A stretch of DNA of 64,000 nt from the NCBI GenBank assembly GCA_963666515.2, contig OY762897.2:2624001-2688000 (forward strand). The letters are read 5' to 3'. Under the pieces are notes generated by a model. The model worked only from the letters and a program-made list of their open reading frames with translations, searched no databases and had not been told where the DNA came from. Every line of letters starts with the position of its first letter. The first letter of the stretch is position 1. Shown here in pieces: positions 41,757 to 51,295 of the stretch. The translations under genes and the position numbers were made by a program. This DNA is from Candidatus Binatia bacterium (GTDB lineage: Bacteria; Desulfobacterota; Binatia; UBA9968; JAJDTQ01).

Positions 41757-42755
41757 TTAATACGTATCCAGCACCCGCTGAATCGCATCCGGGTCGCCGG
41801 TCACGCTGAGGGCCAGCGCCATCAGCACGCGGGCCTTCCAGGGCTGGAGGTTGTCGGCGGCGACGAAACCCCTGGCCCGCAACGACGGGCTCCGCACCAC
41901 CCTCCCGGAACCCACCCTGCTGCTGAGACACATGATGACGCCCTGGCGGCCGGCGCGGTCGAAGGCTTCGTCCTGCGCCGGGGTCGGCCGGCCCGCGCCG
42001 GTGGCGGCGCACACGATGCCCCTGGCGCCCGCGGCCACGCAGGCGTCGATGATGGCGCCGTCGGCGCTCGCGTGGGACAGCACCACGTCCACCCGCGGCA
42101 GCGACTCGACCCCACTCACGTCGAACTCGGTGGCGGTGGTGTGCGGCATGACCGTGCGGTGGTAGTAGCGCACTTTCCCGTCGGCGTCGGCGAAGCCCAG
42201 GGGACCCAGGTCCCGTCCCTGGAACGCCTCGACCCGAAAGGTAGCCGTCTTGGTCAGGTCCCGGGCGCCGTAGATGCGGTCGTTCATCACCGCCAGCACG
42301 CCCTGCCCGCGGGAGGCCGGTTCCGCCGCCACCCGCACCGCGTTCAACAGGTTCAGGTAGCCGTCTGCGCCCAGCGCCGACGCCGGCCGCATGGACCCCA
42401 CCAGCACCACCGGCCGGTCGGTCTTGAGCACCAGGTTCAGGAAGTAGGCGGTCTCCTCCAGGGTGTTGGTGCCGTGGGTGATGACCGCGCCATCCGCCTC
42501 GTCCCGATCGAAGATTCCATGCAGCAGCCCCGCCAAGTCGAGCCAGTCCCGGTCCACCAGCGCATGGCTCGGCAACCGCCGGAACGGCACCTGCTCCACC
42601 GTGGCGATGTCCGCCAGCTCAGGCACGGCGCCCACCAGCTCGCCGTCGCCCAACCGCTTGTTGTTCTCGATGTACCAGGCGAGGTCCAGACGGTCGGCGC
42701 CCACGGAATCGATGGTGCCTCCGGTCAGGATCAGGGCGATTCTGGGTAGGGTCAT
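41757..42755 (-). CDS. Asparaginase/glutaminase-family protein
   Basis: TGGTI, HGTNTLEETAYFL, VGSMRP, NLQPWKARVL. Confidence 0.88.
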   Translation of the reverse strand: MTLPRIALILTGGTIDSVGADRLDLAWYIENNKRLGDGELVGAVPELADIATVEQVPFRRLPSHALVDRDWLDLAGLLHGIFDRDEADGAVITHGTNTLEETAYFLNLVLKTDRPVVLVGSMRPASALGADGYLNLLNAVRVAAEPASRGQGVLAVMNDRIYGARDLTKTATFRVEAFQGRDLGPLGFADADGKVRYYHRTVMPHTTATEFDVSGVESLPRVDVVLSHASADGAIIDACVAAGARGIVCAATGAGRPTPAQDEAFDRAGRQGVIMCLSSRVGSGRVVRSPSLRARGFVAADNLQPWKARVLMALALSVTGDPDAIQRVLDTY

Positions 42756-42838
42756 CTCATAGTCCCGGCTTGGAGAGCAGAAGCACGCTCAAGGAATGCC
42801 GAAGTCGGGCAGGAACGTATCCGACTGACCGGAGGCTG

Positions 42839-44725
42839 TCAATTCACCAGGCGCAGCCGGACGATGATCGGGTCGTGGTCGCTGGCTCTTGCCGCGGTCT
42901 CCGCGAACTCCGCGTTGACGTGCACGATGTCCACCTCGGCCGAAGCCCTCAATGACGGGCTCACCAGGATGTGGTCCAGGGTCTGGGCGTTGCCCTCGAA
43001 GATGTAGCTGTAGCGTTCGTCGGCCGGCAGATCGTTGGTGAGGTTGTGGAGACGCTCTTCGAGAATCCTGAGCGGGGACACGAACGCGAACTCGTTGAAG
43101 TCGCCCAGCACGACGATACCGGCGTGGTCCCGCGCCGCCGCCTGTATTCTCGCGACGAAGTCGCGGACCGCGCGGGCCTGCCTCCGGCGGTGATCCACCC
43201 CGCCGTTGACCGCAGGGTCCTCCTGGTGCTCCGCGAAGGGCTGCACCTGCCCGAACAGCGGAGTGCTGCCGCGCTTGGAGTTGAAGTGGTTGTTGACCAC
43301 CGTCACGGGAGCGCGGCCCGGAGCGCGGGGACGGAAGGCGGCCGCCAGCGGCAGGCGGCTGTCGAAGAACGGGTTCTTGGGATTGGTCCGCTGGTCGGCG
43401 GGGTCGGTAACCGTGGCCAACGAGCCGGGAATCAACTCCACGCGCGCCGGGTTGTAGAGGAAGGCCACGCGGATGTTGCCGCCGGGTTGGCCGCCGCTGG
43501 TGTCGTCGCCGATGAACGGGTGATCGACGAAACGGTAGCGGACGGGGCCCAGGGCGGCGATGCGGTTCACGAGCAACCGCAGCGTCGCGTCCGCGGCCTT
43601 GACCCCGGTCTTGGCGGAGCCGTCGTTGTCCTGGACTTCCTGGAGCGCGATGATGTCGGGATGCCGCAGGTTGCGGGCGATGACGGCCGCCACCGCGTCG
43701 AAACGGCCGCTTGCCACGTCGGTGTCTCCGTCGGCGTCGTTGGGGTCGAGGTTGAGCACGTTAAAGGACGCGATGGTCAGGTACCCGTCGCCGGGTTTCA
43801 AGCGGGTGGTTCCCGGTCTCAGCGGCCCCGGCTTGGCCGAAAACGCCTCGGTGAAGCGCACCTCGTAGTTGCCGAAGCCGTAGCTCATCACGCCGGTGAC
43901 GTCGCCGAGTGAATCCCCGACCTTCACGTGCGGCGTCGCCATGGGACTGAGCCCGAAATCGTCGTCGATCTGAATGCGCTCCGGGTTGAAGTCGTCCGGG
44001 CGGAGGGTGAGGGTGCCGCGTGGGCTCAAGCCCGAAGGGGACGTGCCCCGGGTGCGCACGAAAATCTCGCCGAAGCGGCTTGTGGGGCTGACGGCCACGG
44101 CATCCCTGACCGTGACCCGCATGCCTTCGAGGGTTTCGTAGAAATCGATGCCGTCTTCTGCCGGGTCGAAGACGGCGAAGCCGTCGTTGTCGATGATCCG
44201 GTCCGGTGGGATGCGTCCGTCCACCCCTAACACCACAGGAGCGGGAAGCGGGTTGCGACGGGACAAACGCGTGAGCTCCGAGCGGGTGATCTGCGTGATC
44301 GTCAGGTTGTTGGTCTTGGCGCCACCGGGCTGGAACTCCGCGACCACGCCATGCACGCGCAACGCGTCGCCCACGGCAACCGCCGGAGTCCGGCGTGTGA
44401 AGACGAAGACGCCGTCCGAGGTAGCGGGGTCGCCGTCTCCTGCCGGGTCCTGAAGGTAGAACCCATCGGTATCGACCGCGGTCACGGTCCCGGTGGTCGT
44501 GACCTGTTGCCCGCGGAAGGGCGAGATGTGGCTCCGGCCCTGTATGCGCCCGACGGGCGTTACGCCGGCCGCCCTGGAAACGCGTGTCTCGCGAACGGAA
44601 TCGGCGCTGCCGGACCGGACGGAACCGTCCACCGTACTCGCCAGCAGCAGGACGCAAAGCGCCGCATGGCAGCCCGGCACCAGGACTGCGCGGATCGGGC
44701 GTTCCGCCATCGTCGAAGACCTCAT
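42839..44725 (-). CDS. Secreted endonuclease/exonuclease/phosphatase (OB-fold plus EEP)
   Basis: Signal-like N-terminus, GFYLQD, IASFNVLN, ALQEVQD, LGDFN, LDHILVS, SDHDP. Confidence 0.88.
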   Translation of the reverse strand: MRSSTMAERPIRAVLVPGCHAALCVLLLASTVDGSVRSGSADSVRETRVSRAAGVTPVGRIQGRSHISPFRGQQVTTTGTVTAVDTDGFYLQDPAGDGDPATSDGVFVFTRRTPAVAVGDALRVHGVVAEFQPGGAKTNNLTITQITRSELTRLSRRNPLPAPVVLGVDGRIPPDRIIDNDGFAVFDPAEDGIDFYETLEGMRVTVRDAVAVSPTSRFGEIFVRTRGTSPSGLSPRGTLTLRPDDFNPERIQIDDDFGLSPMATPHVKVGDSLGDVTGVMSYGFGNYEVRFTEAFSAKPGPLRPGTTRLKPGDGYLTIASFNVLNLDPNDADGDTDVASGRFDAVAAVIARNLRHPDIIALQEVQDNDGSAKTGVKAADATLRLLVNRIAALGPVRYRFVDHPFIGDDTSGGQPGGNIRVAFLYNPARVELIPGSLATVTDPADQRTNPKNPFFDSRLPLAAAFRPRAPGRAPVTVVNNHFNSKRGSTPLFGQVQPFAEHQEDPAVNGGVDHRRRQARAVRDFVARIQAAARDHAGIVVLGDFNEFAFVSPLRILEERLHNLTNDLPADERYSYIFEGNAQTLDHILVSPSLRASAEVDIVHVNAEFAETAARASDHDPIIVRLRLVN

Positions 44726-44877
44726 GTCCGACCCGTGTAGCAGGACCGCGAGACGGACCTCAAACGCCCGGTGGCCGTCATTTTCGCATTGCCTATTCCC
44801 CGTCCTGTAGTATGCTCAGGATGTGACGTGAGTGATGCTCGGCATACCGTTCGTCAATAGCGGAAAGGAGGCCCGTC

Positions 44878-45693
44878 ATGTCCGTCATCGTGATCTACGA
44901 AGGCATTTCCGGGGCTGAGGAAGTCGCCAACCGGGTTGCGCAGTCCCTGGACTACAAGTTGTTCGGCCGCCAGGACCTGGCCGCCACTCTGGCGAACTAC
45001 GGCGTGCCCCGCGCCAAACTGGACGAGATCACCGAGAAGGAGCCGCACTGGTGGGACCAGTGGCTGCATGACCTGCGGCCCTACCGCATCGCGCTCCAGG
45101 CCGCCATGTGCGAGATGGCCCAGGCCGGCCCGATGGTCTACCACGGACACGTGGGACACGAGCTGCTTCCCGGCGTCGCCCACGTGCTGAAGGTCTTCGT
45201 GACCGGCTCCATGGAGCTGCGCGTCGATCGGCTCCGGTCGCGCCTGGCGGTGGACGAGGGCACCATCCGCAGGCAGCTAGAGCACACCGACCGGGCTCGC
45301 AGCCGGCGCCTGATGGCCCTGTTCGGCAACGACTGGCAGGACGCGACCCGGTACCACCTGGTGCTCAACCTGGCCATGGGCACCGAAGCGGCGAGCGAGG
45401 TGATCACCACCGCGGCCCGGCAGGGAGCGTTCGCGGAGACCTCGGATTCCAGGCAGGCCTTCGAGGACCTCGCGCTGGCCAGGAAGACCCAGGCCACGCT
45501 GCTCCGCTCCGACCTGTACCGCGACCTGCCCATCGACGTGAAGGCGCACGGCGGGGCCATCACCGTATCCGGCATGGTCGCCTCGCCGGTGACCGTGGAA
45601 GGCGTGGTGGCGACCATCAAGGCCGTCCCCGATGTCTCGGAGGTCACGGCGAACCTGGTGGTGATGCCGCGAAGGCATTCGGACATCGAATAG
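44878..45693 (+). CDS. Cytidylate-kinase-like protein with C-terminal BON domain
   Basis: AGGAGG RBS; MVYHGHVGHELLPGVAHVLKVFV, YHLVLNL; C-terminal IDVKAHGGAITVSG. Confidence 0.75.
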   Translation: MSVIVIYEGISGAEEVANRVAQSLDYKLFGRQDLAATLANYGVPRAKLDEITEKEPHWWDQWLHDLRPYRIALQAAMCEMAQAGPMVYHGHVGHELLPGVAHVLKVFVTGSMELRVDRLRSRLAVDEGTIRRQLEHTDRARSRRLMALFGNDWQDATRYHLVLNLAMGTEAASEVITTAARQGAFAETSDSRQAFEDLALARKTQATLLRSDLYRDLPIDVKAHGGAITVSGMVASPVTVEGVVATIKAVPDVSEVTANLVVMPRRHSDIE

Positions 45694-45703
45694 CCGAGCG
45701 GAC

Positions 45704-47149
45704 ATGCCCAAGAGCCTGAGCAGCTTCCTGGAGGACTGCCGCCGGGAGATCCCCAACGAGGTGGTGCACGTCGAGCGGGAGGTGGACCCCGCCCGCTACG
45801 ACGTGAGCGCCATCATCAAGCACCTGGGCGCCGCCAGGAAATTCCCGCTGCTCGTCTTCGACCGGCCGCGCAACCTGCACGGCCGGGTCAGCGATTTCAA
45901 GCTGGTGATGAACTTCACCATCTCGCAGCGCAAGACCCAGATAGCCTTGGGGCTGCCCAAGGAGATGACCCGCGCGCAGATGGCCGAGGCGTGCGTGGAC
46001 ATCGAGCGCAACCGCGTCGCCCCGGTGGTGGTGGACAACCGCGAGGCGCCGGTGATGGAGAACGTCCGTAGCGGCGAGGCGGTGGACCTCTACGAGCTGC
46101 CCATCATGCGCCACCACTACATGGACGGCGGCCCCTACATCACCCTGTGCACCATCGCCAGGGACCGCCGGCAGGGCATCTACAACGCCTCCTACCACCG
46201 CATGGAGATCAAGTCCCGGAACCTCACCACCCACTACCACTCGCAGCACCACCAGTGGATCATCTTCCGGGACCACGAGGACCAGGGGCTGGAGTGCCCG
46301 GTGGCCACCGTGCTTGGGCACCACCCGGCGTTCTACATGGGCGCCTGCTACACCGGGCCGTTCGAGGTGAGCGAGTACGACGTCATCGGCGCCTACCTGG
46401 GCGAGCCGCTCAGGGTGACGCCGTCCACCACCTGGGGCGACGACCTGCTGATCCCCGCGGACGCGGAGATCGTCATCGAGGGCGCGCTGATTCCCGGCGA
46501 GCGCATAGTGGACGGCCCCTTCGGCGAAGCGCCGGGCTACCTCGGCCCCCAGCGCTTCTTCTCGGCCTGCCGCTACGAGGTGCGCGCCATCAACTGGCGC
46601 CGCAACGCCATGTACCAGTCGGTGATCACTCCCGAGGGGGACAAGCCCTGGCTGGACCTGCCGCGTGAGGGCGCCTACCTGCGGCGCATCCGCGAAGCCG
46701 TGCCCGGGGTCACCGCGGTGTGCAAGGCCGGACGCCACGCCCACTACAACATCTTCATCGCCATGAAGAAGCTGTCCGAGGGAGACCCCGGCCGCGCCGC
46801 CGGCGCCGCCCTCACCGAGTTGCACGCCAAGCACATCTTCGTGTTCGACGACGACATCGACGTCTACAACCCCACCGAGATCCTGTGGGCCCTGGCCACC
46901 CGCGTGCAGCCCCACCGGCAGGTGTCCATCATGCAGCCCACCTTCACCGGCAACTACCTCGACCCCACGGTGGTGGACGAAACCAAGACCTCGGTGATGA
47001 TCATCGACGCCACCCGCCCGCTGGACCGCCCCTTCTCGCCCGTGTCCAAGGTCCCCGACGAGGCCATGGCCCGCATCAAGGTGGAAGACTACATCCCCGG
47101 CGAGGTGCTGGCGCACATCCCGGTGGACCGCACCACGTACTGGTCCTGA
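45704..47149 (+). CDS. UbiD-family (prFMN) decarboxylase
   Basis: DGGPYIT, YNASYHR, PADAEIVIEG, DGPFGEAPGY, DDDIDV, WALATR. Confidence 0.92.
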   Translation: MPKSLSSFLEDCRREIPNEVVHVEREVDPARYDVSAIIKHLGAARKFPLLVFDRPRNLHGRVSDFKLVMNFTISQRKTQIALGLPKEMTRAQMAEACVDIERNRVAPVVVDNREAPVMENVRSGEAVDLYELPIMRHHYMDGGPYITLCTIARDRRQGIYNASYHRMEIKSRNLTTHYHSQHHQWIIFRDHEDQGLECPVATVLGHHPAFYMGACYTGPFEVSEYDVIGAYLGEPLRVTPSTTWGDDLLIPADAEIVIEGALIPGERIVDGPFGEAPGYLGPQRFFSACRYEVRAINWRRNAMYQSVITPEGDKPWLDLPREGAYLRRIREAVPGVTAVCKAGRHAHYNIFIAMKKLSEGDPGRAAGAALTELHAKHIFVFDDDIDVYNPTEILWALATRVQPHRQVSIMQPTFTGNYLDPTVVDETKTSVMIIDATRPLDRPFSPVSKVPDEAMARIKVEDYIPGEVLAHIPVDRTTYWS

Positions 47150-47251
47150 ACGTCCCCGCCTCGGGTCCCCTTGTCGCCGCGCGCCCGGCGATCTGCTACA
47201 GATGAACCAACCCGCCGCGACTACCCGCGAGCCATCCGCATCGAGGAACCC

Positions 47252-49996
47252 ATGAACGAAATCGAGATTCAATTCGAGCTGAACGGCCAGGCGCACGCCG
47301 CCAGCGTGGCGCCGGAGCTGCTGCTGGCGGACTTCCTGCGCAACGACCTGGAGCTCAAGGGCACCAAGACGAGCTGCGGGGTGGAGGTGTGCGGCTCCTG
47401 CACGGTGCTGCTGGACGGGCGGCCGGTTAGCTCCTGCACCACCCTGACCCACGAGATCGCCGGGCGCTCGCTGACGACCATCGAGGGCCTCGGCGACGAC
47501 GACGGGCTGGACCCGGTGCAGGAGGCGTTCTGGGAGGAAGGCGGCTTCGAGTGCGGCTTCTGCACGCCGGGCATGATCCTCGCCGCCCGCGCGCTGCTGG
47601 ACGAGAACCCGGACCCCTCGGAGGAGGACATCAAGACCGCTCTGGACGGCAACATCTGCCGCTGCACGGGCTACCTTTCCATCATCCGGTCGATCGACCG
47701 GGCCGCGGAATTGCGGCGCGGTCAGGATGCGTCGGCCCCGAGGCCCCTCGACGAGCGCCGCTTGGACGGCGCCGCCAAGGTGCGCGGCGAGCCCGTGTAC
47801 ACCGCCGACCTGACCTATCCCGGAATGCTCTACGGGCGCGTCCTGCGCAGCCCCCACGCCCACGCCCGCCTCCTCGACATCGACACGTCCGCGGCCGAAG
47901 CCCATCCCGGTGTTGTGGCGGTTCTCACCTCCGCGGACCTCACGGACATCGCGCAGTTTCACGGCCCGCTGGTGAAGGACACCCCGATCCTGGCCATGGA
48001 CAAGGTCCGCTACGAAGGTGACGCGGTAGCCGCGGTGGCAGCCGAGACGCTGGAGGCCGCCACCGCGGCCCTCGCACTCATCCGGGTGGACTACGAGCCG
48101 CTGCCGGCGCTGATGACCATGGATGAGGCGCTTGCCCCCGATGCCCCGCCCCTCCACGAGTCCGTCAGCGACGATGCGCCGAGCTTTCCGGGATATCCCG
48201 GCGTCGACGACGAGGCCAGGAAGTACGCCAACGTGAGCTTCCACTACGAGCGCGCCCAGGGCGACGTCGACGAGGGGTTCGCGGCCTCGGAGCGTATCTT
48301 CGAGCACACCTTCGACTTCCCCAAGATCGCCCACTACTCCATGGAGCCGCAGCTCGTCGTGGCCGAGTGGCGCGAGGACGGGTTCACGTTGTGGTGTTCC
48401 ACCCAGCACCAGTTCATCGTCCGCAACGAGCTGGCCGAGATGTTCGGAGTGCCGCGGGAGAACGCGCGGGTGGTGGTGCCGCTGGTGGGAGGCACCTACG
48501 GCAACAAGAACCACACCAAGCTGGAGCCCGTGGCTCTGGCCCTGTCCCGCAAGGCCGGGCGGCGGGTGTTCCTGCACCTGTCGCTCGAAGAGGAGTCGCG
48601 CACGGTGAGCAAGCCGGCCGCGCGGGTGAGGCTCCGCACCGGCGTCAGCCGGGACGGCCTGATCGTGGCGCGGGACTGCCTCGTGCACGTGGACGGCGGC
48701 GCCTACTCGGACTCGGGTCCCCGGGTCGCCCAGAAGACCGGCTTCCGGGCGCCCGGCCCCTACCGCATCCCGCACGTCCGCTCCCACGCCTACTCGGTGT
48801 ACACCACCACGGTGCCGGCCGGCGCCTTCCGAGGCATGGGCACGCCCCAGGTGGCGTGGGCCTACGAATCGCAAATGGACATGATCGCCCGGGAGATGGG
48901 ATGGGACCCGGTGGAGTTCCGGCTCAAGAACCTCCTGGACAAGGGCGAGGAGTTCGCCCCCGGAGAGACCCCTCTGGACACCGACCTGAAGGAGGGACTG
49001 CTGCGAGCCGCCAAGGAGATCGGCTGGGGCGAGGAGCTGGAACCGGACTGCGGCATCGGCGTCAGTTGCGCCTGCAAGGACGGCGGCGGCAACTTCAAGA
49101 TCTCGTCCGCGCGGGTGGAGGTGGACGACCGCGGCGCGGTCACCCTGCACGAAGGCACCATAGAAATCGGTCAGGGCTCCAACACCGCCCTCGCGCGCAT
49201 CGCCGCGCAGGAGTTGGGCGTGCGGCCCACGGCGGTGGAGGTCGCGCCCCTGGACACCGACTGGACCCCCTTCGACATGGGCACCTACGCCAGCAGCGCT
49301 ACCACGGTCATGGGGCTCGCGGTGCAGAAGGCGGCCGTGGCCGTCCGCGAACAGCTCGTCGAGGCCGCCCGTTCGATGGGGAAGAGCCCCGACGCCGCCG
49401 CGACCCTCGCCAACGGCGAGGTGCGCCTGGGGGAGATCGCCTTCCCCTTCTCTGCGCTGGTGCAGCACGCCAAGGGCGCGGGCGGCGTCATCACGGGAGA
49501 GGGCCGCCAGGAGACTCCGCGCGTCCCCGAGGCCCCGCTCGGCGCCCGGTCGCCTTTCTGGGAAGTGGGATGGGGCGCCGCCAAGGTCCGCGTGGACCGG
49601 GACACCGGCGAGGTGAAGGTGCTCAAGTACGTCTCCATCGCCGACGCGGGCAAGGCCATCAACCCCCAGGTTTGCCACACCCAGGAGCAGGGCGCCTTCC
49701 TGCAGGGGCTGGGGCAGGCGCTGTTCGAGGAGACCGTGTACGAGAACGGCCTGATGCTCACGCCCGACGCCCTCACCTACCGGCTGCCGAAGATCTCCGA
49801 CCTGCCCGACGAGCAAGTCAACATCCTCTTCGAGAACGGCAACGGCGCCGGCCCCTACGGCGCCAAGGGCCTGGGCGAGAGCGGCCTCATCCCCGTACCC
49901 TCGGCCATCGCCAATGCGGTGGACCACGCCGTGGGCGTGAGAGTCACCGATCTGCCGGTGACGGGCGAGAAGATCTGGCGCGGACTGAGGAAGTGA
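47252..49996 (+). CDS. Xanthine dehydrogenase/aldehyde oxidoreductase family, 2Fe-2S domain fused to the Mo-binding subunit
   Basis: CGVEVCGSC, CGFCTPG, CRCTGY; RSPHAHA, GAFRGMG, GAKGLGESG. Confidence 0.92.
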   Translation: MNEIEIQFELNGQAHAASVAPELLLADFLRNDLELKGTKTSCGVEVCGSCTVLLDGRPVSSCTTLTHEIAGRSLTTIEGLGDDDGLDPVQEAFWEEGGFECGFCTPGMILAARALLDENPDPSEEDIKTALDGNICRCTGYLSIIRSIDRAAELRRGQDASAPRPLDERRLDGAAKVRGEPVYTADLTYPGMLYGRVLRSPHAHARLLDIDTSAAEAHPGVVAVLTSADLTDIAQFHGPLVKDTPILAMDKVRYEGDAVAAVAAETLEAATAALALIRVDYEPLPALMTMDEALAPDAPPLHESVSDDAPSFPGYPGVDDEARKYANVSFHYERAQGDVDEGFAASERIFEHTFDFPKIAHYSMEPQLVVAEWREDGFTLWCSTQHQFIVRNELAEMFGVPRENARVVVPLVGGTYGNKNHTKLEPVALALSRKAGRRVFLHLSLEEESRTVSKPAARVRLRTGVSRDGLIVARDCLVHVDGGAYSDSGPRVAQKTGFRAPGPYRIPHVRSHAYSVYTTTVPAGAFRGMGTPQVAWAYESQMDMIAREMGWDPVEFRLKNLLDKGEEFAPGETPLDTDLKEGLLRAAKEIGWGEELEPDCGIGVSCACKDGGGNFKISSARVEVDDRGAVTLHEGTIEIGQGSNTALARIAAQELGVRPTAVEVAPLDTDWTPFDMGTYASSATTVMGLAVQKAAVAVREQLVEAARSMGKSPDAAATLANGEVRLGEIAFPFSALVQHAKGAGGVITGEGRQETPRVPEAPLGARSPFWEVGWGAAKVRVDRDTGEVKVLKYVSIADAGKAINPQVCHTQEQGAFLQGLGQALFEETVYENGLMLTPDALTYRLPKISDLPDEQVNILFENGNGAGPYGAKGLGESGLIPVPSAIANAVDHAVGVRVTDLPVTGEKIWRGLRK

Positions 49997-50020
49997 ATCC
50001 GTCGTTCCCGCCCGGCTTCC

Positions 50021-50115
50021 GTCATTCCCGCGAAAGCGGGAATCCAGGAGGGGCCGGGGCGGGGGAGCACGGCCGCTGATCTCTCCCCCTGGATTCCCGC
50101 TTTCGCGGGAATGAC
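50021..50115. repeat. Inverted REP doublet (ATTCCC-N8-GGGAAT core)
   Basis: gtcattcccgcgaaagcgggaatccagg ... cctggattcccgctttcgcgggaatgac. Confidence 0.85.
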
Positions 50116-50142
50116 TCAGAGGCGACCCACACGCCCAATTTC

Positions 50143-50892
50143 ATGCGTAACGTGAACGAACCGGCGCGCCAGGACCGCTTCTACTTCAAGCTCTCTGAGC
50201 GGCTCGACAAGCCTGGATGCCCCATCTGCGGCATCGTCATCGACGACAGCCGCGCCTACCTGGACAGCGTCCTGTACGAACGCGTTACCGACGTGCCCAC
50301 GCGGGAGGGGCTGCGGGAATCCTTCGGCCTCTGCAACCCGCACACGTGGCTGTTGCGTGACCTGCCGGCATCCAGCGCACCGGACCTGGGCTTCGCCATC
50401 ATCGCCAGGGACCTGCTGAATCGGTTCCGTGACACGGCCGGCACGCCGCCCGTCACCGGATGGCGCGCCCTGCGGGGTTGGCTCGGTCGGGCCGGCTCGG
50501 GATTGCGCGCCCGGCTCAAGAAGACGACCTGTCCCGCCTGCGTGGTTGCCGGGCGGTCGGAGTCCGTCCACCTCCGGCAACTGCTGGACCTGCTGGGAGA
50601 CGAGGCTTTCTCCGAGAAGTACCGCAACTCTTCCGGCATCTGCATCCCGCATTTCCTCGTGGCCGGGGAAACTCACGCCAGCCACCCGCACTTCGCCGAC
50701 CTCCGGGAACTCCAACTCCATGCCGCGCAAGCCCTGCACGACACCCTCGACCGGTTCACCGAGAAGCACGACCACCGCGCCCGCGAGGAAATCACCCCGG
50801 CCGAAGCCAGGGCCTGGACCGACGCCATGGAGTTCCTGGGCGGGAAGCGGGGCGTGTTCGGCAGCGAGATGCGCCGGCCGGGACTGCGATAG
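50143..50892 (+). CDS. DUF6062-like protein with duplicated Cys/His zinc-binding motifs
   Basis: CPIC...GLCNPH and CPAC...GICIPH repeats. Confidence 0.7.
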   Translation: MRNVNEPARQDRFYFKLSERLDKPGCPICGIVIDDSRAYLDSVLYERVTDVPTREGLRESFGLCNPHTWLLRDLPASSAPDLGFAIIARDLLNRFRDTAGTPPVTGWRALRGWLGRAGSGLRARLKKTTCPACVVAGRSESVHLRQLLDLLGDEAFSEKYRNSSGICIPHFLVAGETHASHPHFADLRELQLHAAQALHDTLDRFTEKHDHRAREEITPAEARAWTDAMEFLGGKRGVFGSEMRRPGLR

Positions 50893-50933
50893 GGTTACAG
50901 CCTCCAAGACCTACCGGGACAGGTGTTAGCCTC

Positions 50934-51003
50934 ATACCCTATAGCGTATTTCTTGACCTTATACTAAAAACCGTTTATTTCCTATTTATCCCTTATCGCG
51001 TAT
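50934..51003 (+). promoter_or_regulatory. hipBA promoter with two operator-like imperfect palindromes
   Basis: ataccctatagcgtat (50934) and atcccttatcgcgtat (50988) flanking TTGACC in an AT-rich spacer. Confidence 0.5.
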
Positions 51004-51046
51004 GCTGCATCACTACGATAGATTGTTTCGAGAAGAGAGGCGCCCT

Positions 51047-51295
51047 ATGGAACAGATCGTCCGAACCCCGAAACAGATGGGTGCGGCCATTCGCCGGCGG
51101 CGGCGGATACTCAAACTGAGTCAGCAGGAAGTCGGGGACCGGGTTCGTCTGCGACAGGCAACCATCTCCGCCTTGGAGAACGGTGAGCCGGGTACGCGGA
51201 TGCGCACGTTGCTGGACGCGATGACCGCGCTCGGCCTGGAGATCGTTGTGCGCGAGCGTTCAACGAGCGGGAAAGACATTGAGGAGTTGTTCTGA
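51047..51295 (+). CDS. hipB: HipB-like XRE antitoxin
   Basis: IRRRRRILKLSQQEVGDRVRLRQATISALENG; abuts hipA. Confidence 0.85.
   Translation: MEQIVRTPKQMGAAIRRRRRILKLSQQEVGDRVRLRQATISALENGEPGTRMRTLLDAMTALGLEIVVRERSTSGKDIEELF

Noticed and set aside
45644-49927. 1427-aa minus-strand ORF and similar long antisense ORFs (e.g. 14121..16109, 16725..18269, 7759..9561)
   Set aside because: Shadow frames of high-GC genes with clear motifs on the opposite strand
39006-50115. Recurrent GTCATTCC...GGAATCCAG repeats as a CRISPR array
   Set aside because: They are dispersed, inverted doublets with no regular spacers and no cas genes; they fit REP-type elements
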